Source of the DNA: Vitrella brassicaformis CCMP3155
Lineage: Eukaryota > Protista > Chromerida
Reading direction: 5' to 3'
DNA length: 64,000 bases
Assembly (NCBI GenBank): GCA_001179505.1
Contig: CDMY01000646.1
Span: 245,117 to 309,116, forward strand
Shown: positions 37,260-50,511 of the stretch, piece by piece
How the letters are laid out: every line of letters begins with the position of its first letter
Position numbering within the stretch: position 1 is the stretch's first letter
Notes under the pieces: generated by a model
The model's database searches: none
What the model saw: only the letters and a program-made list of their open reading frames with translations
What the model was told of the DNA's origin: nothing
Program-made: the position numbers and the translations under genes

Positions 37260-38721
37260 ATGTTGTCTGCCATGTTTGGGGTGCGGCGTGCGGCGCACTG
37301 TGAGGGCAAGAACGGCAACGGCAACCACGGCAGCGACGAGGCGCAGAAGACGGCCACCATCCTCCACCCTGCTGCCTTTCCCGAACTCATGAAGGTGAGG
37401 GACATGAGAGCCTTCTGCACAAGACGCTGCTGGTGTGCTGATTGCGTCGCGCCTCTCTCTTTGTGTGTGTGTGCGTGTGTGTGTCAGGGCGTGCCCATGA
37501 CGCCCAAGCAGGATGAGGAGTACGGCTACCATAAATACAAATGGGGATACGAGCCCGTGCCCACAGTGAGTGAATGAGTTCACACACCACACGGACTGCA
37601 GAGATCTCCTGCACCGGACGACGTGTGTGTGCGTGTGCGTGTGCGTGTGCGTGTGCGTGTGTGTGTGTCCGTCAGGCTCGGACGATGGGCGGCCGCACGA
37701 TCCGCGAGAAGTTCGACAACAACCAGGGCAAGGCCAAGGCGGTCCCATGGCCACACGACATGCGGCCCCACGCGGAAAACGTCAAGCCGGAGAGCGACCG
37801 ATTCAACCTACAGTGAGTGGCCAGCCCAGCAGCCATCCACACAACACACACATCACTCACACACAGACACAGACAGATACGCCGACCCCGAAAAATGGCT
37901 GTGTGTTGTGTTGTGTAGGTATTACGACGTGTTGAGTGACTTTGTGCCGCTGGGCGGGTTTTCTGACAAGCCCAAGTTCAGCAGCCAGTGGGAGAAGGAC
38001 CTCGCTTACAACACCAAGTGAGCCGCCAGCACCACACACACACAAGCAGAGAGAGAGAGAGGCTGGCAGATCACTGCGAGTGTGTGTGTGTGTTGTGTTG
38101 GGATGTGTGGTGTGTGTGCCATGTAGTTTGTATGCCCCCGAGATGTATCAAGAGACCAAGGGTGAGGACGACATCCGCACCAGCATCACCAACTACGCCG
38201 ACAAAATACACGCTGACGGACCAAACGTACTGTACACAACACAGTCACACACACACACACACAAACGGACGGAACACACCAGTGTGTATGTGTGTGTGTG
38301 GTGTGTTGTGTTGGGGTGCTTTGCTTGTCAGGATGCGTGTAAGTATCTGCTGATGGAGGAGTTTCGTTGCAGGGAGGCGCACCAGGCACACATGGTCAGC
38401 CAGCCACACACACACATGCGCCACATACACATACACACATACAAGCGTGTGTTTGTTTGTGTGTGGTTCAGCAACCCGACGTGGCCGTGACGCGCTGCAT
38501 GAAGTGGAAGGAGGAGTGGAAGCAGTGCATGTGGTCGGCAGAAGGCAACACACACACACATATACAGTGAATAGGCCCTCCTGTCGATAAGTGTGTGTGT
38601 GTGTGGACATGGATCGATCAGGGATCAGGAGAAGTTGACCCGGGGTTACATGTACATTCAGCGGCGGCAGGACCCCTTCAGGCGCAAATACTTCTTCGGC
38701 GTCGAACACCAATACTCATAA
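37260..38721 (+). CDS. Mitochondrial-type protein with twin Cx9C (CHCH) motif; candidate myzozoan-specific respiratory-chain or ATP synthase subunit
   Basis: Eight exons; CKYLLMEEFRC and CMKWKEEWKQC are exact Cx9C pairs; last exon DQEKLTRGYMYIQRRQDPFRRKYFFGVEHQYS*, TAA 38719-38721. Confidence 0.75.
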
Positions 38722-39234
38722 ACCCACACACACACACGCCGTTCCCTCTGTAGGCCTTATTGGCTGCCGCCCTTGCATCCGCATGTCGAGATCGGGTCAT
38801 CGATTCTCGAGATGCAGGTGCGACAGCGGCGCCCGATGAGGACAGAACAGAGAGAAATGCGACCCTTCTTGTGTACTTGTTTCGATGTCGCCAGTGAGAC
38901 AGAGAGTTGTGTTTTGTGATTGCATGTTGAGTTGGCTGATGTGCCAACGGACGGCAAGACAGCGTGGGGAGACAGCGACACACGCGTGAATGACATCCCT
39001 GACCATGTCGGCCCAGTATTTGACGCCGGTGATACGCTGCTGGTATGCATGCGTGTCGCCAGCGTCACTTGCTGGGTAGCCGTGGACGGGATGTCATGGC
39101 GCGGGTGTGTTGTGCGTCCGGCAGTTATCGTGCAATGTTGTACGACTTGATGGACCCCTCTATGTGTCTCATGAATTTCATTCCAGCGATTCGAGTCATC
39201 CGACCACCACACACACACACACACACACAGCTGG

Positions 39235-42153
39235 CTACCTCTTCATCTGGCCTCTCTTGGCACACCACTCCTGCAAGTCCCTCTGCAGCCCCTCCAGCTC
39301 ACACCGCAGCCGAGCCTTCCTCCCACTCCCACCGCCATGCTCACCCCCAAACCAGCCCTCTATCGCACCGCGCAGCCGACACATCACACTCACAGAGGCA
39401 CCACACAACACGCCCACCGCATCAGGCCCCCTCCCCCTGCCGCCCGCCCCCTGCTGTGCATTCGGTTGTCGGGCCACAGAGATGGGGCAGAAGTTGATGA
39501 GAGAGTGGAAGAGGTCCTGCCAGATCTCGTCGCCGCCTCGAGGGAACCTCGCATTCGGTGCGAGGCCCCATTGCGGCATCGACATTGCTGCTGTGAGGGA
39601 CGGCCCGGCGTCTCTTGTGGGCTTGGGGTGGATGGGGAGGGGCTGGATGTGGGGGTACTTGCCGAAGAGGAGTATATGTGCGATGGCGGCGACACCGGCT
39701 AGGTCCGCATGGTGCATCCAGGGGAGGCCGCTGAGCATGGCCGGTGGCAAAAGGTCGTCCGCATGACAGTCACCTACACACACAAACACATAAAAGTCCG
39801 TTCCCCCTCTCTGTGTGTCGTGTCGTGTCGTGTGTGGGTGTACCTTTGAAGATGCAGTCTGGGTAGACGGCGTGTGTGTCGAGTGCTCTGCCGAGGTCGA
39901 TGCCGAACACGCCGATGGGCGAGGGGGCGTCCAGGAGCGGATGGTGGCGTGTAGGCTTGATGTCGTGATGCGGTCCTGGTATGGCGAGGTGTCTACTGCG
40001 GTCGGCGGCCATGTCGGCCACAATCAGGTTGTCCGTCTGCAGGGGTGATTGGAGAGCCGCACGTGTGTTGTGTTTGTGTCTTGTGTCTGGTTGTTGCATC
40101 TGTGGTGTTTGTTACCTTGAGATCGCCAGACAGCAGGCCAACCTGCAAAGGGTAAGATGGGCACACACATTGGTGTCGTCTCTCTCTCTCTGTGTCTCTC
40201 TCTCTGTCTGCACCTGACCTGGTGCAGCTGCATGAGCAGCCCCATGACCTCGTAGACTAGGAAGAACGACACCACCTCACTGCAGTAACGACCCCTGTAC
40301 CAACCCAGAACACACACAATACGACACACATCCACTAATCCCATCAATTGTGTCTCCCAGCCTACCTCATGAGAAAGAACTCGTTGATGGCCGTGTGCAT
40401 GTCGCATGCCACAGGCATCGTCGGCAGCACCATCACACTCACACCACCCTGACCATCCCTCCACCCACCACCATCCCCAGCCAGCCGTCTCGCCACACGG
40501 TCCTCGGGGCCGCTCAAGTCGATGCCGTGCAGTGACAGCGACACGCCCGTCAGCCAATGGGATGGCTGGGGGGACTGTGGGGGGCGTGTGTCGGAGATGA
40601 GAGGGGCTCGTCGGTGCAGGGCGGAAGAGGCGTATAGCTCACGCAAAGCGCTGCCGAAGTAAAATGTCTACACCAACACGACACACACGAGGGAGAAGGA
40701 GAACACATCTCTCTCTCTCTCTCTCTCTCGAGACACTGTTGCTGTCTCACCTACCTGGATTTTGACAGCACATTCCACCGCTTCCGTGCCCCCCTGCTCC
40801 CGCCACCTGCCGGCGTGGACCCTCGCAAAGCTCCCACGGCCCAGCACCCGACCCACACGCAACGAACCATCCCTCCCTCCGACCTTCACGGGCAGAGTGG
40901 CGCCTTCCCTGCAGTGGTTGGCCCGGATGGCGAGGGGGTCTGTGTGCAGCTGGAACAGGCGTGTGGGGGATGTGTCTGGGGGTCCACGGCTGTGGAGCGG
41001 TCCGGGTGATGCTGAGCCTTTGTTGATGAGCTGCTGCAGGATAAGATGCTCGCGGTAGGTGCGACTGGCGTGGCAGTACGGATCCACCAGCCTGTGTGTG
41101 TGTGTGTGCGGAGAAAGGAGAGACAACAACACACGATGGATGGATCGCCGCCCACCCTCCATGCAGTCCATTCCTCTCTCTCTCTCTCTCTCTCCCTCCC
41201 TCTCTCCCTCTCTCCCTGACCTGACAGTGAAAATGCGATTGCTGGTGAAAGGTCCCCTATTGTCCGGCAGTGCGATGCTCACAGCAGCCCGCCAGCGGTC
41301 CACCCGGTGTGGCCAATGGCGGCAGACCTCTCCGGGATGACTCACACGCACCGAAGTCCTCCCCCTGGTTGGCAGGCTTGTCATGCACCAGGGGCAGCGG
41401 AGGCAGTGAATCGCGAGGCGGTCGCTGCCCTTCGGGGGCGTGTGGCTGTGAGGGGCTGGCGTGTCGCTGCGATGGGCGGGGTGATCGTGGTCCCACCTCA
41501 GGGTCACGACACACCTTGGCACCATCAGCAATACCTCCTATGGCGACGGCGGTCGCTGCCGTAGCTCTCTCAGGCTGCAACCGTCCTTGGTCATGATGCT
41601 GTGCCGCCCCACCACCGGGCGGCTGTTTGCGCTTCTGCCGTCGTCTCAAGGCGTCCATCTCCGCCTGCAGCCCCTCCACTGGCCGTGCATGGTGCCGCAC
41701 ACCCATCGCATAGACCTGCCCAGCCTCGTCGAATCGCTCTTCTTTCTCCAGAGAGAGAGCCCACGCATGAAAGAACAGCGCGGGAAGCGACGAGTGGGCG
41801 GACTGCTGCTGGTGCTGTTCGTAGAGCTTCTCGAAGGCGGCGGCTGGGTGGGCAGAATTGCACGCTGCAGAGATGGCCGCCTTCTCCTCTCGCGAAGCGA
41901 AGGACGCCAGCAGGCCGTCGGACCCTGGTGCAGCTGCTGGTCTTTGTTGGCCTCCGTCATGCTGGTGGTGGGCAGGGTAGCTGCATCTGTCATCCTGATG
42001 GTTGGCTAACGGCTTCCGGGCCGCATTGTTGGCCACCGCCGGGGCATTGAGAGGCGGTGGGTAGGGTGGTTGGTTGTTGTTGCGGTTGAAGCGGCTCGGG
42101 AACAGGGCCTTGAGCAGCTCCTGCGAGGGGAGATTCTTGCTGCCGCTCTCCAT
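39235..42153 (-). CDS. BUB1: Bub1/MadBub-like spindle checkpoint kinase
   Basis: N-terminal Mad3/Bub1 TPR-like block (FEKLYE...ALFFHAWALSLEKEERFDEAGQVYAMGVRHHARPVEGL). Kinase LGRGSFARV, CAVK, LLSGDLK|TDN, GIDLGRALD...IFEG|DCHAD...PWMHHADLAGVAAIAHILLFGKY matches Bub1-specific kinase features. Confidence 0.85.
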
Positions 42154-42398
42154 CCTCACCGTTGTGCGGTGGCGTCAGGAGTTTACAATAGGTGGCACAG
42201 ACAGGAGTTTACCACCGCTCCTAGGGCTGGTTTCGCGCAGTGATTCGCAAAGTGGCGGGATGGATGTTCACTCAGACATGAACAAAGAGCGTATGCGTGA
42301 GCGCGCAAAGTCACACGACAGTCAACAGCAGCTACGGTGCACGATAGACAGACAGCTCATGTGACGAAAAGGACAGCAGCATGCGATCCCTAGCTACA

Positions 42399-44967
42399 TC
42401 AATCGCAAGGCTCCTTGATGAGCACGCTGGTCTCCCGCCGCTCGGGGGGCATATAGTGGAACTCTATATATTGGACACACACGACACACACACACACACA
42501 CACACCTGGATGGATGGATGGATGGAAGACGGGTCTGACGTGTACTTGTTTGTGACCCATCTCACTCACTTAGCTGCGCAAATACGTCTTCCTCCGTCAC
42601 CTCTTCTCGCGGGTCAGACAACCACCTCACACACACACACACACACCACATGTGAGATGTGTAGCTGTCTAGGCCACCGGGGACACACGGACACAGACGG
42701 ATAAGTACGCACCGGGCCTTTGGCTGTGGGAGTCCCTCGAAGAGCCGCTCCCCGTTGCACCTCGCGCAGGGGTAGATGCCCTTGTCGTCGAGCGCCATGC
42801 CCATCTTCTTGGCCGCAAAGCGCATCGAACGGTTGAAGTGAGCCGACCTGACACACACGACAGACACGCAGCACACAACAGGCAACACCCATACCCACAC
42901 AGACAATCTGACACACCGTGCTCTCTGTCTGTCTGTCTGTCTGTCTCTGTGTCTGTGTGTGTGTGTCGTGTGTCTGGTTGTTGTGTCAGTGGGTTCCCCC
43001 GCCCACCCAGTGAAGTACAGCAGAGCGAACGCCTTGAGGTGCCGGGGATATATCTTGATGTCGATCCTGCGGTGCACACTTCTCCCCGGCAGCCGCCCCA
43101 CACCGAAGTACCCCTCTGCATCCTCGTTGATGCCCTCGCTGTCGTCCTCGACCACCGCGTCTGACAGCACCGGCAAGCCCTCGAGGTCGACGTCCATCGT
43201 CTCCCTATCGCAATCGCTATCGGCGTCATCGTTGGCTGCGGCCGCCCGCCAGTTGGCACGGGCGTGGTGGAGGTCGTCTGTGAGCAGATCGGCCGCGTGC
43301 AGCGACCCAACGAGCCTGACGATTCATTCATCGCACGGCAAGTGGGGAATGGGGGGGCCACAGCTGTGGGTGGATGGCTGGGCTGCGTGGATGTGATGTG
43401 GGTGTCTTACTTACTGCGCGAGCAGGCCTTTGGTTGGTGCGTTTGGTGGTCTGAGGATGAGCACGTCGACGTCACCACACGTACTCTTGCCGCGACGGTA
43501 CGACCCGCAACCCACCACCTGCACAGCACACAGAGAGAAACCGGCAACACAATAGAGAGAAGAAAAGATAGGTTCCTCACAAGACGGCAAGCCGACCTCC
43601 AGGTTGTGTTTGGCGAAGGGCGGCTTGGCGCACATGTCGGCCACGAACTGGATGATCTGCTCGGCCTCGCGCCGATCCATCCGCTGCTCAAACTCGTCCA
43701 CTGCGCCATACACACACACACACATATACACACACACATACACACACACATACATCAAATGCTGCCTCTGAGAAACACCAGCCCCACCGTATTGGAGGCC
43801 TATGCGCTGGGCCGACGTCAGCAGCTCGTGCTGCCGCTTTCGCAAGTCGCCGAGAGTGCGGACCCCCTTCACAAACAGTTTCTCGGCCGTCTTGTAGCCG
43901 ATACCCCACACACGCTGATTGATGGACGCAGGCACACGAAGGGATAGCTTGCAAGAGGGATGTGTGTGACGGGTCGGGTGGGTGGAATGCCTTTGGCTGC
44001 ATATTTACCTGGAAGCTAATGAGCGACTTGTAGACAGGGTTGTTGGTGAGCTCGGCCACCCGGGCGGACTTGCCGTCACGCAGAATCCCTTTCACTACCG
44101 CTATGGTGTGGTCCCCTGCACCACCACACCATGGACAGCCAGACGGCGCACGGGATGGATAATGGGCGTATATCGCTGTCTGTCTGTGGGTGGATTGGGA
44201 GACCTATCACTCTTTTCTTCCGCAGCTTCTCCACGTTAGACTCCGTGATCTTCTCATCGAAGTACAACACACGGCTCGCGGCCTTGCGAAAGCTATGTAA
44301 CACACACAAGCACACACACAGACACGTGCCCTCCCTCCCTCCGGCCCCTGTTGCTCTCTCGCACTCACCCCTCCGAGCGGTATTTCTCGTTGAGCAGCCC
44401 GTAGATGGACGACAGCTTGTCCAGCTCCTGCCACACCACCTTGTTCTCCGCCACCCTCAGCGTCGGCCGGCCCTCCCGCTGACACGCGAACCGCTGGCGC
44501 CGCTGCGGCTGTGCGATGAAGTCACGCAGCCGCTCGATCTGCCGCAGCTTGTCTGGGTCGTAGTCGATGATGCCGTCAAACAAGGGGCGCTTGGAGGGGA
44601 TGAGGGGGGCATGGGCGGCGTCAGTCATCTCATCGGATACGGCTACAGCTGGCTTCTCGTTGTCCTTTTCCTGCCGGTCCCTCTGTACTTGGTCAGCGAG
44701 CTCGTCGTGTGTGCGCCCGTTGTGAGGGGCAGCAGGTTGCTGGGCTGCGACGGGGAGGCCATCCTGCAGGTCGACGCCATCGGCAGCAGCAGCCGCTGCT
44801 GCTGCTGGTGCGGCCGCACTGGGCTGCTGCTCTGGAGGACCTGGGGGGTCGGTCTTGTCTTTGGTTTCAGGCTGGGTGAGGTCCAGGTGGTTGTCGTAGG
44901 TGCCCACGCATATCAGCACCCTCTTGCGCGCCCTGGCAGGCTGAGCCGCGCCACCACCCGAAGCCAT
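42399..44967 (-). CDS. POLL: X-family DNA polymerase, Pol lambda-like
   Basis: 8-kDa-domain-like NKVVWQELDKLSSIY; HhH VWGIGYKTA; GSYRRGKSTCGDVDVLI; RRIDIKIY; YFTG|SAHFNRSMR (as in Pol lambda); last exon KFHYMPPERRET...CD*. Start codon is tentative. Confidence 0.9.
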
Positions 44968-45544
44968 CGCGTAGCTGTGGAGTCAGCTATCAGCTCGACC
45001 TCTGAAAATGAGCGAGACGACAAGATGAGCAAGGCAAACAAAACTCGACCCTGACTCATCTGCGGGCATCTGCTCACCATTTCAACCGCATCAAGCCTCT
45101 CGGCCGCCCCCAGCGTCAGCGTCATTCATCAATCCCAGTCAATGCCAACGAAGGAAACCCGGAAGATCTCATCGGTGCGACATGACTACGCAGCCCGGAG
45201 TGCGCCACGGGCCTCTTTGCGCTTGCGGAGTGCGCCAAAGGCTGGCAGCAGCGGTTTCATGGAGCGCCATAACGGCTCCATCTGCAAGCTTTCGGGTTGA
45301 AGAGAGTAGAGAGAAGAAGGTGGTCTCTGGGTGTCGATAAGACCGCAGCAGCACCCTCGTGTCTTGCGGCAGGCACGGTAGCAGCCGCCTGCCGCGCCGG
45401 CATCTACTGTCGGCATCACACAAGCGCAGCGAGGAGGACCTCATCGATTCGCTGTTTCCCCGCTCCCCCTTCACGAGACGTCCCTCCCTCAGCAGCTCAC
45501 TGACGCCTTCGAGGCCCTGAAGGGCTCAGCACGGCACCACCCAC

Positions 45545-47626
45545 ATGGTCGACACAGCCGGTGACGTCAGCCTCTCGCCCTTCGGCAACGAGTCGTGCCT
45601 GAGCACGGCTTACGGTGCGCCGGGTTCGCCTGAGGGTCTGCAGGTGCTGACGCACTACCAAGATCGGCTGGTGTTCCTGCACCCCTATGTGCAGCAGTAC
45701 GCCTGGGGCAAGAGGGGCAGCGAGAGCCTCGTCGCCAACCTGGCTGCGGCCACGGGGCACCCAGTGGACAGGAGCAAGCCGTACGCGGAGCTGTGGATGG
45801 GCTACCACCCGTCGGGGCTGTGTTCGGTGGTGGGGCCCAACACGCCCATCGACCGGTTTCTGGAGCACAACAGGGAGTTCCTCGGCGACATCGGGCGGGG
45901 CGGCCGGGTGCACCTGCCCTTCCTCATGAAGGTCCTCTCGGTGGCCATGCCGCTGTCCATCCAGGCGCACCCCGACAAGGGCCTGGCGGAGCGGCTGCAC
46001 CGGGAGCACCCACACATGTACAAGGACGGCAACCACAAGCCAGAGATGGCCATCGCACTCACACCCTTCGAGGCCCTCGGCGGCTTCAGGCCCGCCGCAC
46101 AGATACTCACACACGTCCAACAGGTACGCACACACACGCGCAGTGGGCAAGCCACGTCCATCCACCACCTCTCTCTGTCTCTCTCTCTCTGTGGTTGACA
46201 GGTGCCAGAGTTGCGGGCGGTGTTGGGTGAGGCGTGTGCGGCGTCAGTAGAGCACCGGCTGACCCATGGGGGCCCCGAGCAGGGCGGTTCGGCGTTGCGG
46301 GAGTTCTTCGAGGGTTTGATGCGGTGCGACGTGTCGGTCATGGCGGCTCAGCTGGACCGGCTGGTAGATAGGCTGCGGCGGCTGCGGGACAGCGGCAGCA
46401 TGGAGAGCGAACCACTCAAACAGGTGTACAGGTACGTCTTTATTATGCATTGATTGAGGGGGGCGTCAGAGGGAGAGATGTGTGTTCTGTGCTCCTTGTG
46501 TGTGTGCGTGTGTGTGTGGATCAGTTTGGCGTTGGTGTTGAGTGAGCATTTCCCGGGAGATGTGGGCGTGTTCGCGGCGTTCTTCCTCAACCACATCAAG
46601 CTCAATCCAGGTGAGAGAGGGATGCGTCACTCACTGTGTGTGTGGTGTATGCGGCATGATTGACGTGTGCTGTGCTGTGCTGCACAGGTGAGGCGATGTT
46701 CATCGGGCCGAACACGCTTCACGCTTACCTCAAGGGCGAGTGCATCGAGTGCATGGCCAACTCAGACAATGTCGTCAGGTAGGTGTGTGGACTGTCAACA
46801 CTGTCAACACCAACACGCGCCAGGGTGTTACCCACTCGTGTGTGTGTGTGTCACAGAGGCGGTTTGACGCCAAAGCACAAGGATGTGGATCTCCTGTGCA
46901 GGGTACCCTCCCCCTCTCCCCCTCTCCCCCAACACAACACAGCACGCCACACACTCTCTCTCCTTTTACCTCTCCCTGCCCGTCTTCTGTGTGTGTGTGC
47001 AGATGTTGTGGTACGACAAGTGTGGCGTGGAGGTCATCACGCCCTCCTACGTCGACGAGCCGTCAGGCCTCATGCTCTACCGCCCGCCGGTGAGCGACTT
47101 CGAGGTCTACCGACTCGTCCTCCCCAAGGGCCGCGAGATCCACAGGATATTCAGCGCCACCGGACCTACCATAGGCATCGTCCTGCAGGGCAACGCACGG
47201 GTCAGTCAGACAACACACAAGCACATAAGTCGCGAGACGTCCCCTCTCGTGTGTGTCACGTGGTTATGCAATCAGGCGGCCACGACGCCCGCGCCGTCCC
47301 GGCATCCCTCCCGCCGGTCCTCCCCCCCAGCCACCCCACCAAAGCACTCCTCCCTCCCAGGCGCCACCCACACACCCACCCCCTCCCCCTCGGTGCAGCT
47401 GCAGCCGGCCGTCAGCCCCAATGGCAGCAATGCCCTCCCCGGCCAATGCATCAATGCGGGCGGCGTGCTCATGGTGCGGGCGGGCACCGCACTGCGGCTC
47501 ATCAACACCGGCGATGGGTGTGGAGGAGGGGGCGGGGGCGACCTGGTGGTGTTCTTCGTGTGCTGCCAGGAGGGGTTCACCGACGAGGGCAGCCTGCCCG
47601 TCGCGGCCGAGATGGCGGGGGCGTAG
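45545..47626 (+). CDS. MPI: Mannose-6-phosphate isomerase, type I
   Basis: [83 protein letters not shown]; Zn-ligand Gln/His/Glu/His present. Confidence 0.97.
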
Positions 47627-49682
47627 TGTACACTCTATAGCATAGCATAGCATAGCGTAGACAGCCTACAGGGTGGGTGGGGGTGGGGGGCGGGGAGCTT
47701 TTGGTCGATTTATTTTTTTCTGTATCGTTGAGAACCAATGAGTGAATTCCTTGAGGAACTAACTTGTTGCACACACGCACACAAGACGGACGGATGGATG
47801 GGGGCTGGCTGGCTGTTGTTTTCGCCTCCCACCATTCATTCATTCGCTCGCCTGTCTGTTTGTTTGCCCGTTTGTTTGTACGCCTAACTTACTGCGTGTA
47901 CCATGCCTGCGATGCGCGTAATTCACGTGTAGAGGTGATACATGCTGCCATGCCATTGCCTTTTCTTGCTGCTGCCGATGGATGGGTGGGTGGATGGACG
48001 ATGCCCGCCGTCAAAAGGGAGGGAAGCGGTCGTTTTTCTCGTAGACGGGCTGGTGGGCGGAGCTGCAGTCGTTTTTCGGACCATGGCTCGAGAGACAGAC
48101 AGTGGGAGACAAAGAGGGAGGACCCTGTGATGGTGACATGTCCTGTGCCTTGTGGGTCGCTTCTGGGTCCCCTCCGTGGCATCCTTGCTGTGCAGCATCG
48201 ACCGGTGTCTCCATAGCAGCGGTGGCATGGGGTTAGCTCAGAGGCGACACACGGACACAGCACAGCACGAAGAGGTCCTCTCTTCGTGTGCCTGTGTTTC
48301 GGATACAGGGTGGGTGTGTGGCGGTGGTGTGCCTGTCTGCCTGGCTGCCATCACCTGTTTGTTTGGCCGGTCCATTGCGTGCCCCTGTGTGTTCTGTTCG
48401 TGTGTGGTCCTTGAGTGCATGTTTGCTTTGTAGAGGCGTAAACAAGCTGCCCACCCCATCTCATCTCACCTCACCCACCATCCACACCGCCCATCTATCT
48501 TTCTTGTCAAGTTGCTTTAAGCTTGTGTAAGCACCTAACCTACCTGAGTGTGTGCCTGGAGTGCGTGAGTGCACGCCCCCCTTTGTTGTGTACAGCTAGA
48601 CGGCCTTGTTGGTTGGTTGGTGCTCATACTCACACACACACACACACACACGGACGGAGAGAGGGGGAGGGGGAAGGGGGAGAGAGATGGAGGGGTGCTG
48701 TCAAGTGTTGTCGCTTTAGGAGCTGCTGTCCATCCATCCATCCATCCCTCCGCCCCACCCACTCGTGTATGCAGTTGATCTTGCACAGACCGGAGGGTGG
48801 CCATTGTATGTGTGTATTGGGTGTGTTGGCCGGGCGAGCACACCAACACGGGAGGCACATGGTGGCTGGGGTATTGCGGCGAGCATCTGCTGTGAGCGTG
48901 CTTGGCGCGATGCCGCAGCCTACGTGACCCCTCGTGTTAGCGTGCTCAGCTTGCCGCTCACTCGATGATGGTACTTTGCTCAAAGGGGCTGAGACGACAG
49001 ACAGACAGACAGACAGACAAGGGCGGGACCCATGCACGTGTGTACGGTAATCAGACCGGCCGGCAAGCCGCTTGTTGCTTACACAGGTGTGTGAGTGGTG
49101 GCTGTACAGGCAGAGGACAGAGAGAGAGAGAGAGAGAGGGCAGGCGCACCACGACGCACACGGGGGAAGACGGGATTCCGAGAGTCAGAGAGGTATCCAT
49201 CCATCCATCCCACCAGGGAGGGGGTAGGCAGAGGGCGATTTGATGCTCCATGCACTCACTCACTCCACCCACACACAGCACAACACACTCAGACAGACAC
49301 CTAGTGACACACAGGCACAGGCACGGACACGGTAGTGGGTGGAACTGCTGGCAGCGGACGGACACAGACATACCGGTGGATGGATGGACGGTGACAGTGT
49401 GTGTGACATTCTGGCATTTAACAGCAACTATTGGTTGGTCGACTGAATCAGTGAGTGAACGTCAATCCTTCCCCTCACACGCACACGCACTCTGCAGGAT
49501 CAACAAGTTTGACCGACAGAATCCGCGCACATCCACCCCCAAACTCCCACCCAACCACCCACACGCACGCCACACAAGGCTCACGTCGACACACACTGAC
49601 TGACACACATCGTCCGTCATCCGTGTCTCTTCTTACACAGAACAAAACAGCCGAAATCGTCGACGCCATCACCATCGGCCAC

Positions 49683-50511
49683 TCATGCGTACTTAAACGA
49701 GTGCCCCCCCAGGCTGCGAAGCGCCTCGTAGCCAACCGGCAGAATCTCCTCCAGAACGATCCACATGATCAGGGCCGCGTTGGGCGGCACGAGCGCGGGG
49801 AAGCCCCTGGTGCCGAAGGCCATGTGCGGTGGAATGTAGCAGAGACTCTTCTCGCCCTCGCACATGAGCCTCACGCACTCCTCCAGACCGCTGAAGACCG
49901 CGTGGCACCCGACGCGGAACTTGAGCGGCCGGCCCCTGTTATAGGTGCAGTCAAACCTGCAACACAGGCAGACAGAGAGAGACACGAGCCGCGCTGCTTC
50001 TGTGGATGGATGGGCCTGTGTGTCAGACATACATTTTGCCGTGTGTGTGGTCGGTTGAGTAGAAGGCGATGTAGTGCAGCACGACGGTGGACCCCTTGCG
50101 CGGCTTCTTGACGAAGTCCCCGTTGATGACCGTCTTGACCTCCACCCCACTCAACCCACGCACCCTCTCGCGAGAGAACACCTCCACACCTGCCCACAGC
50201 ACACACACAACGACACGCATCAATATGCCTGGGTTCGCCAGAGAGACACCAACACACCCACCGAGGGACTGCAGGTTGAGGTTCTCCAGTGTGTAGCGGC
50301 CCGGTGATTTCGGGAACAGTCCATCGAGGCTCGGCTCTTTCGTCCGATACTCAGGTGTCCTGGGCCTCACGACCCTCGACGGCCGATGCTGGTGCTGATG
50401 ATCAGCAGTAGCAGCAGTAGCAGCAGTAGCAGCGGCGACAACCGCCGAGTCGCCCTTGGCGAGAGACGGCCGGCCATGCTGAGGGACGGGCGCCTCAGTA
50501 GAGGCCGCCAT
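49683..50511 (-). CDS. FKBP-type peptidyl-prolyl isomerase domain protein (divergent active site)
   Basis: KKPRKGSTVVLHY, RFDCTYNRGRPLKFRVG, VFSGLEECVRLMCEGEK, YIPPHMAFGTRGFPALVPPNAALI; three exons. Confidence 0.88.

Noticed and set aside
41257-41290. TAG readthrough in the Bub1 first exon
   Set aside because: The downstream donor phase fits the other frame; an intron near 41365-41257 explains the frame change
48965-48995. ATGATG...CTGA pair
   Set aside because: Boxes only about 25 nt apart; too short for a snoRNA
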